Shown piece after piece: positions 56,817 to 64,000 of a stretch of 64,000 nt of DNA; within the stretch, counting starts at the first letter, position 1, and each line of letters opens with the position of its first letter. This DNA is from Bacillota bacterium (GTDB lineage Bacteria > Bacillota > DSM-16504 > Desulfitibacterales > Desulfitibacteraceae). The notes under the pieces are model-generated. The model saw nothing but the letters and a program-made list of their open reading frames with translations. It ran no database searches and was not told where the DNA came from. The position numbers and the translations under genes were made by a program. The stretch lies in contig JBFLYC010000020.1 of NCBI GenBank assembly GCA_040756735.1, positions 114 to 64,113 of the forward strand. The letters are read 5' to 3'.

Positions 56817-57025
56817 ATATTATCCTGTCTCGGAAAAGCAGGCAAATTATTAATGATTTTAAGCAAAACAATGATGTGTAAATACCTGGTGTAAAGAAAT
56901 AGATGCGGGTGAATTTCCAGCGCCGGAGCACGGTTTTACCATGGACGATGAAGTTTTAAATAGATTATATTAATCAACTAATTTCCATTTATTTTTCCAC
57001 CTAAGTAAAGTAGAATATTGAATTA

Positions 57026-59008
57026 GTGAAGGGTTTGCGAGACTTTGCAGTTAAATACTTTCAAGGTGGGAGATCTGTGGGTAACTTTAGAAGAAAAATA
57101 TTTTTAATTCTGATTTTGATTGTATTTACCCTGGGCGCTGGTACAGCGCTGTATATATGGAAATCCAAGCATTATGTAATGCCAAAAGGTTATGCAGAAG
57201 CTATAAAAGTCTGGGAGCAAAAAGGGTTAGCCTCTCCAGACCAGCGCAAGGCTGATGGCAGCGAACAGTACCCCTATGATGTTGTTGTTTGGGGAACTGA
57301 TCCGGAAGGTATAACTGCAGCTCTTGCGGCAGCGCGCAATGGTCTGCATACCCTATTGATAGACCATAGGGATAAGGTTGGAGGGTTGTTTACTCTTGGT
57401 CAGCTAAATTTTATTGACCTTAATTATGATGAATATCATGACCTGGTAACCAGGGGTATTTTTGAGGAGTTCTATAAAAAAGTTGGCGGCATGGTTTTTG
57501 ATGTTGACAGGGGCCAGCAGGTTTTTGAGGAAATGCTGGCAAAAGAGAAACTGCTCACTGTCCAGCTAAATCGGACGATGGTTGAGCCGAGGGTAAAAGA
57601 CGGCAGAGTTGTGTCGCTGGTGGTGGAAAACAGGGATACCCAGGAAGAGATATATGCCAAAATCTTTATTGATGCTTCCCAGGATGCTGACCTTGCTTTT
57701 CTAGCAGAAGTTCCCTTCACTGAAGGTTTTGAAGATATAGGACTGCCAGGAAAATTCCAGGCATCAACTCTGGTATTTACCGTTAAAGGCGTTAATTGGC
57801 CTAGAGTAATGTGGGAAACTCTGTTTGTTGATAAACGCATTAGTTCAAAGGCCACATTCACAGCGGCCTGGGGTTATGATGACCATATTAGAAAGTATAC
57901 CCCTGAGAGCGACAGAATAAGCTTTCGGGGATTTAATATGGCCAGGCAGAAAGATGGACAGGTTCTGATAAATGGATTATTGATTTATGGAGTTAGGTTT
58001 GATGATCCACAATCGAGGGCTGAAGGCAGAGAGATTGCCATGAAGGAAGCATACAACTTTGTCAGCTATGCCCGCGAAAACTTGCCTGGTTTCCAAAAGG
58101 CAGAGGTGAGCGCTTTTGCACCTGAACTCTATGTCCGTCAAAGCCGGCATATGCTTGGCTTATATCGTTTAAGTCTGGATGATGTTTTGGAGCATAGGGA
58201 TCATTGGGATAGAATTGGTTATGGGGGGTACCCTGTGGATATCCAAGCCGTGGATAAACATTTTCCAGGGCTTGCCATTGGAGAACCAACAAAATACGCA
58301 GTGCCCTTTAGAAGCCTGGTACCGCCAAATGTAATCAATTTGCTGGTAGTAGGCCGCTCAGCAAGCTATGATTCTCTTGCCCACGGAAGCGCAAGAATTG
58401 TGCCTGTTGGGATGGTAGGAGCGCAAGCAGCAGGTGTTGCTGCTGCCTATTCCTTGGCTGCACAAACAAGCTTTCATGAAATAGCCCAGAACCAAGAAGC
58501 CATTATTTTTATCAGGCAGATATTGGAGAGCCAGGGAGCCTTTGTTGGTCCGCCAAGGACTAAACCGCCCAAAATTATGGAACACCCTCAATATCCTGCT
58601 ATGAGGGAACTTAGAGAGTTAGGCATAATTGTAGGCGGATACAAGAACAATTACAGATTGGATGAACCCTTGAACAGTCAAACCTTTTTAAACTTGTTGT
58701 TCAACGGTACTCTTCGCACCCTTAATTTACAAGGAAGACCAGATTTAGCAAAGAAAATGTATTTTGTTACAGCTAAGGAAAACACAACGGTTACTTCAGA
58801 GAATGTGGGGGAGATCTTTGCCCATTTCCTAAAATTCAATCCGCATTTAACAGGTCTAGTTGGAAAGGAAGATTTGGAAGAGTTATTCACTAATGCAGTT
58901 TTTGGAGCAAGTTCTTCAACGGAACTTCCCAGGGGAGACCTTTATGAGGTTATTAGTCAGTACTTGAGTCTGCTTAAACAAAACCAGCAACCGGGTGGCC
59001 AAAACTGA
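57026..59008 (+). CDS. membrane-anchored FAD-dependent oxidoreductase (FAD_oxidored/PF12831-like)
   Basis: TM segment IFLILILIVFTLGAGTALYIW. Dinucleotide-binding VVVWGTDPEGITAALAAARNGLHTLLIDHRDKVGG. The start may be GVG-frame GTG 57077 (RBS GGTGGGAG) rather than 57026. Confidence 0.7.
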   Translation: MKGLRDFAVKYFQGGRSVGNFRRKIFLILILIVFTLGAGTALYIWKSKHYVMPKGYAEAIKVWEQKGLASPDQRKADGSEQYPYDVVVWGTDPEGITAALAAARNGLHTLLIDHRDKVGGLFTLGQLNFIDLNYDEYHDLVTRGIFEEFYKKVGGMVFDVDRGQQVFEEMLAKEKLLTVQLNRTMVEPRVKDGRVVSLVVENRDTQEEIYAKIFIDASQDADLAFLAEVPFTEGFEDIGLPGKFQASTLVFTVKGVNWPRVMWETLFVDKRISSKATFTAAWGYDDHIRKYTPESDRISFRGFNMARQKDGQVLINGLLIYGVRFDDPQSRAEGREIAMKEAYNFVSYARENLPGFQKAEVSAFAPELYVRQSRHMLGLYRLSLDDVLEHRDHWDRIGYGGYPVDIQAVDKHFPGLAIGEPTKYAVPFRSLVPPNVINLLVVGRSASYDSLAHGSARIVPVGMVGAQAAGVAAAYSLAAQTSFHEIAQNQEAIIFIRQILESQGAFVGPPRTKPPKIMEHPQYPAMRELRELGIIVGGYKNNYRLDEPLNSQTFLNLLFNGTLRTLNLQGRPDLAKKMYFVTAKENTTVTSENVGEIFAHFLKFNPHLTGLVGKEDLEELFTNAVFGASSSTELPRGDLYEVISQYLSLLKQNQQPGGQN

Positions 59009-59016
59009 TAGATTAT

Positions 59017-59058
59017 GAAGGGTTTTGTAAAAAAATACAGAACCCTTTGATTTTTTTC
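59017..59058 (+). terminator. rho-independent terminator
   Basis: GAAGGGTTTTG...CAGAACCCTT stem followed by TGATTTTTTT. Confidence 0.7.
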
Positions 59059-59246
59059 TTAAACACCCTATTTCAGCTTGATGCTTCCTAAGGGTATGAG
59101 TGAGAGGAATTTTATAACAGCTGACCCAGGTATTTTATTAAGAATTGTCAGATTGATAAGATAATTAAGATTGTTTTTTTTAGTTTAATCAAGTATCTTA
59201 GAGTTAAAACTGTTCTAGCAACATTGAAAATGGGAGGCAAAGGAGA

Positions 59247-60944
59247 ATGTCTTTAACTGTCAGGGAAGCTTTAAGAATTGGCAGTCTAGTTGATGCCAAA
59301 GTACTGGCTGGTGCAAATAACCTGGACAGGGTTGTTAGGTTTGTGGACATAATTGATGTTCCGGATGCTGCAATTTGGTTTCGTCCGGATTCTTTGCTGT
59401 CCACAACCTTTTATGCTTTAAAGGATAATATAGAAGCCCAGCTAAAAATGATCGATGATATTGTCGCTTGTGGCGGAGCGGGTTTAATTATTTTTTCTCC
59501 TGATCGTTATATTTCCGCCATAGATGAAAGGCTGATACAAAGGGCCGAACTAAGGCAGCTGCCCTTGCTGCAAATGCCTGATTCCTCTTATATTGACGTC
59601 ATAGTACCTGTTATGAGCGCTGTTTTGGACAAGCAGGTTGAAGCTCTAGAATATGCTCAGGAGATTCACCGCCAGATGACTAACCTTGTGTTAAGAGGAA
59701 AAGGCCAGTCTGAAATAATATCTTCTCTTTCTGCTCTTATAAAACACCCTGTATTACTGGCAGATGCCAATTTTATGTTCCTTGACTACGCCATGCCAAA
59801 GGAGGGCGCCTATAACCTGTCTTTAATGCATAGCCTGACCAAGCATTATGGTTATTTAGATTTATTTGATCATTATCCAAAAGAAGTTTTAGACAGGATA
59901 TCAAAGGAAAAAGGGGCATTCTATCACAGGTCATCTAAAAATAGCAGTACTATGGATCTCATGTTTCCAGTGGTTGCTGGGGACAATTTTTATGGGATCA
60001 TCATAGTCCCTGGGTTGTTGGAAGAATTAATTGGAGCAAAAACCATAGCTTTGGAGGCTGCTTCTACAGCTATTGCCCTTGAAATATTAAAGGAAAAGGC
60101 TATTAAAGATACCGAGCAGAAGCTAAAATTAGACTTCTTCAATGAACTGCTTCTTGGAAATATTAAATCAAGAGAAAATATATTTGCCCAGGCAAAACGT
60201 TTAGGGCTGGAACTTGAAGGCCAATATGGAGTAATGCTGATAGAAATGAATAAAGACAGTGGCTACTATAAAAGGCTCCTGCAAAGTGGAGCTGAAATCA
60301 GCAAGGAGCATCTTGAGGAAAAGCTCATGCGTTTAGTGAAAATGGGACTTGAACTGGAAAACCCTGGAAGCATTGTGACTGAAGCCCTTGGCAGCATAGT
60401 AGTTCTCCTGAGGCTTGTACCTCAATGGGACAAGGGTAAAAAAATTGAACATTGCAAGAAATGTATGGAAAGAATAAAAAATCTCATTGCTGAACGTATG
60501 AAAGAAGCGCCCATCTGTTTGGCCATGGGCAATATTTATGATGAGATAGAAAAGATTAGCACAAGTTATCTTGAAGCCTGGGAGACCCTTGATCTTGGAA
60601 AGAAATTATTTCACTCGCGTTTTACAGCAACCTATTCTGACCTGGAAGCATATCACCTGGTTAAAAGATTGTTTACAAACACTAGCGCCGTAAACCTTTA
60701 TGAAAAAATTTACGGAAAGCTTCTTGACTACGATAAGGAAAAAGGCGGGGAATTAGTGCAGACTTTGGAGACCTATATTCAGAGTAATTATTCCCGTATT
60801 AAAACTGCAGAAAAGCTGCATATTCATCGCAATTCATTAAACTACAGGCTGCAAAAGATCCAGGATATTATCAACATAGACATTGATCAAGCTGACAGCT
60901 TTCCCTTTTTGTTGGCTTCCATAGCAAGAAGACTTTCCAACTAG
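59247..60944 (+). CDS. PucR-family transcriptional regulator
   Basis: 565 aa with RBS AAAGGAG. N-terminal PucR-type sensor region and C-terminal HTH (IKTAEKLHIHRNSLNYRLQKIQDI). Confidence 0.85.
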   Translation: MSLTVREALRIGSLVDAKVLAGANNLDRVVRFVDIIDVPDAAIWFRPDSLLSTTFYALKDNIEAQLKMIDDIVACGGAGLIIFSPDRYISAIDERLIQRAELRQLPLLQMPDSSYIDVIVPVMSAVLDKQVEALEYAQEIHRQMTNLVLRGKGQSEIISSLSALIKHPVLLADANFMFLDYAMPKEGAYNLSLMHSLTKHYGYLDLFDHYPKEVLDRISKEKGAFYHRSSKNSSTMDLMFPVVAGDNFYGIIIVPGLLEELIGAKTIALEAASTAIALEILKEKAIKDTEQKLKLDFFNELLLGNIKSRENIFAQAKRLGLELEGQYGVMLIEMNKDSGYYKRLLQSGAEISKEHLEEKLMRLVKMGLELENPGSIVTEALGSIVVLLRLVPQWDKGKKIEHCKKCMERIKNLIAERMKEAPICLAMGNIYDEIEKISTSYLEAWETLDLGKKLFHSRFTATYSDLEAYHLVKRLFTNTSAVNLYEKIYGKLLDYDKEKGGELVQTLETYIQSNYSRIKTAEKLHIHRNSLNYRLQKIQDIINIDIDQADSFPFLLASIARRLSN

Positions 60945-61063
60945 TTAGGACTAATGATTGTGAAAAATGTCATAAAGCCTGTTGCCAGCGATATTAGGCC
61001 GATATAAAAAAAGGTGTTAAACAAAAATATTATATAATTTGAAAGTGGCACTGTACCAAGCAT
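60941..61063 (-). CDS. possible 40-aa hydrophobic peptide (not in the ORF track)
   Basis: AAGGAG 6 nt before ATG 61063. MLGTVPLSNYIIFLFNTFFYIGLISLATGFMTFFTIISPN*. Its 3' end overlaps the pucR-like stop by 4 nt. Supported only by the RBS and hydrophobicity. Confidence 0.3.
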   Translation of the reverse strand: MLGTVPLSNYIIFLFNTFFYIGLISLATGFMTFFTIISPN

Positions 61064-61141
61064 CTTCTACTCCTTTTACAGTAAATATTTATTTATTTTT
61101 CTTTTTTTTGAGTCATTCTCCTCACCTCAAGAACTAATTGG

Positions 61142-61193
61142 CTTTGTGCAAAATGCATGAAATACGGGAGATATTTATCACTATTGCACAAAG
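61142..61193. promoter_or_regulatory. 10-bp perfect inverted repeat upstream of the permease operon
   Basis: CTTTGTGCAA (61142-61151) and TTGCACAAAG (61184-61193), separated by 32 bp, ~200 nt upstream of ATG 61395. Confidence 0.35.
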
Positions 61194-61394
61194 GGGATTT
61201 TGATTTAAATGAATAAAATATTATATACAACTTGTAAAATTCAAAATAGTGTAAATTTAGCGTAATCAGCGGATAGGAATGACGAATACTGATTATTGAG
61301 GGGGGATAGTGGAGTCTGTAGTGTTGTTTGTGTTTTTAGGCATAGTTCAAGTGTTTATAGGTATTTAGAAAAGTCAAAGAAAGGAAGGTTGAAT

Positions 61395-63017
61395 ATGGCG
61401 CAACCTAGTATGTTTGTAAGAAAGGCAAGCGGGTTAGTAAGGTCATGGTCGGTTTTTGACGGATTTATTTACGCGTTCTTCTCAATCAATCTGGTGACCC
61501 TGGGTTTCTTTATCTTTTCTTTTGCTCCATATATACCCGAAGGCAACTTAATAACGGCTATTATCATAAGTGGTATCTTTATTATCTTTGAAGTATTTGT
61601 TTATGCACTTCTTGTAGCTGTAATGCCCAGAGCTGGAGGCGATTATGTTTGGCAGAGCCGTATCCTGGGCGGCGGGATCGGCTTTGTATTGTCGGTTACA
61701 GGCTGGGGTTGGATTCTCTGGCATTGGGTGCCTCTTTACGGTACAATGCTTGCTTACAATGTGTTTACTCCCATACTTGGTATTCTAGGAGGCTGGACCA
61801 ATAACCAGGGGTTAATGAACGGAGCCATGTGGTTTGTGTCAACAAACGGACTGTTTTTTAGCTCACTTGTGGTTATTGTACTTGCCTTCATATATGTAAG
61901 CCTTGGAATGAGCTGGTATGCAAGGATTCAAAAAGTGTGTTTCTTTATTGGAATGGCTGGCATGGCCACCTTCTTGGTCATGCTCCTTGCCAGCAGCAAA
62001 GCAGATTTCATCAGCGGCTTTAATCACTATGCCAGTGCTTTCTTTGGCGCAGGAGGCGGTGACACATACCAAAGCATTCTATTGGCTGCCTCTGAAGGTG
62101 GTTACAGCGCTGTACCCATGGGTAATGCTGCAATCGTCGCCAGTTTGGCATTAATACCTATGGTTGTCTTCTTTAACTTGTGGCCGAACTGGGGCGCTAC
62201 TTTGTATGGTGAAGTTAGAGGAGCTTCTGACTTCAAGAAGAATTTCTGGAGCATGGCTTCAGGTTTGATAGCTACTACTGTTTTAGCAGTTATTGTACTG
62301 GGTGCAATGGCTAAAGTTATTGGCTGGGATTTTTACCATGCAGCCAACTTTACTTTCTATGAAGGCACCTCAGAATTAAGTGTCTTTCCCTATCCAGCGC
62401 TTTTAGTCAGCTTCTTAACAGACAGTCCGGCCCTGCAGCTTTGGTTGTTAATAACTATGAGCGCTTGGTTCTTTGGATGGTGTGGAACTGTGTTCTTGTC
62501 TTCAACAAGGGTCATCTTTGCAGCAGCCTTTGACAGGATACTTCCCGAGTGGGTGGCGCAGGTATCAACTCGTTTTAGAGCTCCGGTTAATGCCCTCCTT
62601 GTAATGGCAATTCCGTCAGTATTAGTAAGCGCTGGTATGCATTACACGGAAAACCTCGCTACTTATGCCCTTAACGCTACTTTGGTTATTGCTGTCACTT
62701 ATCTCGGCACTACCATTGCTGCGATAATTTTGCCCTATAAGGAGCCTGAATTATACAACTCTTCATCCATTGCCAGGCTTAAGGTATTTGGCCTGCCATT
62801 AATCACGGTTACAGGTGTAATCTTTGCAGCCTTTTTGCTCTTCCTCTTCTACTACTGGATGACGGACGCTGTATATGGAGTTAACGAACCTGTATCTTAC
62901 CTTTACATTGCTGTCTTGTACCTGATTTCCATTGCTATTTATTTTGGTTCTAAATGGTTCCGTAAAAAGCAGGGAATAGATTTAGACACAATTCATAAGA
63001 GTATTCCACTGGAGTAA
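61395..63017 (+). CDS. APC-superfamily amino acid/polyamine-type permease
   Basis: Start set at ATG 61395 (RBS AAGGAAGG). ~540 aa with ~12 hydrophobic segments. N-terminus MAQPSMFVRKASGLVRSWS, and MPRAGGDYVWQSR is typical of APC carriers. Confidence 0.8.
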   Translation: MAQPSMFVRKASGLVRSWSVFDGFIYAFFSINLVTLGFFIFSFAPYIPEGNLITAIIISGIFIIFEVFVYALLVAVMPRAGGDYVWQSRILGGGIGFVLSVTGWGWILWHWVPLYGTMLAYNVFTPILGILGGWTNNQGLMNGAMWFVSTNGLFFSSLVVIVLAFIYVSLGMSWYARIQKVCFFIGMAGMATFLVMLLASSKADFISGFNHYASAFFGAGGGDTYQSILLAASEGGYSAVPMGNAAIVASLALIPMVVFFNLWPNWGATLYGEVRGASDFKKNFWSMASGLIATTVLAVIVLGAMAKVIGWDFYHAANFTFYEGTSELSVFPYPALLVSFLTDSPALQLWLLITMSAWFFGWCGTVFLSSTRVIFAAAFDRILPEWVAQVSTRFRAPVNALLVMAIPSVLVSAGMHYTENLATYALNATLVIAVTYLGTTIAAIILPYKEPELYNSSSIARLKVFGLPLITVTGVIFAAFLLFLFYYWMTDAVYGVNEPVSYLYIAVLYLISIAIYFGSKWFRKKQGIDLDTIHKSIPLE

Positions 63018-63041
63018 CAACCTTAAAAGGAGGTTCACGCA

Positions 63042-63980
63042 ATGACTACCATCTTTTTTACAACTGACATTCATGGTTCGGAAGTTTGTTGGAAAAAATT
63101 CATCAATGCGGGGAAGTTTTACAAGGCAGATATAATAGTTTTAGGCGGAGACATGACAGGCAAGGCCCTTGTTCCCTTTATTAAAGACAGCAAAGGAAAT
63201 TACAAGGTCTCCTTTTTAGAAGAAGATATGTATCTTAATGAGGTTCAAAAGGAGCAAATGGAAAAAACCATAGCAGACAGGGGCTACTACCCGATAGTTA
63301 TGACTGAAGACAGGTTTCTTGAACTGAACAGTAATCCTGAATTAGTTGAGGAATTGTTTGTAGAAAGGGTGGTTATGGCGGCTGAACGTTGGGTGCAGTA
63401 TGCTGAAGAAAGGTTGTCAAAGTGGGGTATTCAGTGTTTTATTTGCCCTGGAAATGATGATATGTTTGAGTTGGATGCAGTGTTTGCCAAGTCAAAATAT
63501 ATAACCCTGGCAGAAGGAAAAATCATAGATCTTGACGGCCACTACAATATGATCAGCACAGGTTGGTGCAACTATACGCCGTGGAATACCCACAGGGAAT
63601 GCAGTGAAGAGGAATTGGAGGAACGCATTGAAAAGATGGCCGGGGAGGTGCAAGACATGACAAGATGTATTTTCAATCTTCATGCGCCTCCCTACGGCTC
63701 AGGTTTGGATGAAGCGCCTGAACTTGATGAGAATTTAAGGCCAAAATACGCTGGTCGTTCACTAATTCCGGTGGGGAGCCACGCTGTGCGAAAAGTAATT
63801 AAAAAATATCAGCCTCTCCTGGCCCTGGTTGGTCATATACACGAGGGAAAAGGCATCAACCGCTTGGGTAAAACCCTTGTGGTCAATCCCGGCAGTTCAT
63901 ATGAACAAGGCAATCTTCTAGGAGCTATTTTGGAGCTCGATAAAAAGGGGGTAAAAAAGTATATCCTAACTTCGGGGTAA
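63042..63980 (+). CDS. metallophosphoesterase family protein
   Basis: 312 aa with RBS AAAGGAGG. Motifs TTDIHGS, GGDMTGK, PGNDD, NLHAPP, VGHIHEG. Confidence 0.8.
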   Translation: MTTIFFTTDIHGSEVCWKKFINAGKFYKADIIVLGGDMTGKALVPFIKDSKGNYKVSFLEEDMYLNEVQKEQMEKTIADRGYYPIVMTEDRFLELNSNPELVEELFVERVVMAAERWVQYAEERLSKWGIQCFICPGNDDMFELDAVFAKSKYITLAEGKIIDLDGHYNMISTGWCNYTPWNTHRECSEEELEERIEKMAGEVQDMTRCIFNLHAPPYGSGLDEAPELDENLRPKYAGRSLIPVGSHAVRKVIKKYQPLLALVGHIHEGKGINRLGKTLVVNPGSSYEQGNLLGAILELDKKGVKKYILTSG

Positions 63981-64000
63981 TAAGGTCAGGGGACACACCA

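Overview
This 64-kb chromosomal segment looks like a low-GC, anaerobic, S-layer-bearing Firmicute. The gene content is Clostridia-like: Ni-CODH cooS, acuB-acuC-acuA-acs, SLH-anchored proteins, LemA/HtpX. I saw no rRNA, tRNA, CRISPR array or intact mobile element. Gene order: hutU, a SARP/STAND regulator and a YjiH-type permease; acs-acuA-acuC-acuB on the minus strand; lemA-htpX; a visibly AT-rich islet; an OmpR/HK pair; an orphan cooS with a divergent ygbA-like gene; a LysM-anchored 5'-nucleotidase; uppP; a 2483-aa SLH-anchored protein with OB-fold modules and a PHP phosphoesterase; YibE/F; gene debris; punA-deoC-cdd-BMP/ABC importer-pdp-deoR; gdhA; a REC-REC-PPDK_N protein; CBS, protease, pcm and PIN-PhoH genes; a palindromic repeat block; a secernin-like plus SagB-like pair; an FAD oxidoreductase; PucR, APC permease and metallophosphoesterase. 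The AT-rich islet holds an Fe-S UDG-like gene, an internally deleted IS1182-like transposase, a small gene plus a frameshifted NTase-fold gene, and a small secreted Gly/Cys peptide. The best candidate for an undescribed system is a roughly 24-kb outside-to-inside nucleic-acid foraging supercluster (surface phosphoesterases, nucleoside ABC import, nucleoside catabolism). Its three transcription units share an exactly conserved 16-bp inverted-repeat box, which I tentatively assign to the locus-encoded SorC/DeoR regulator. Other notable items are a CX2C-type D-cluster motif in cooS, a dispersed GGGGACGGTTC-core palindromic repeat family, a heptamer-built palindrome in the pdp leader, a swivel-less REC-REC-ATP-grasp protein, and decayed YibE/F plus nucleotidase paralogues. 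All domain calls are by eye from the translations. No database search was run.
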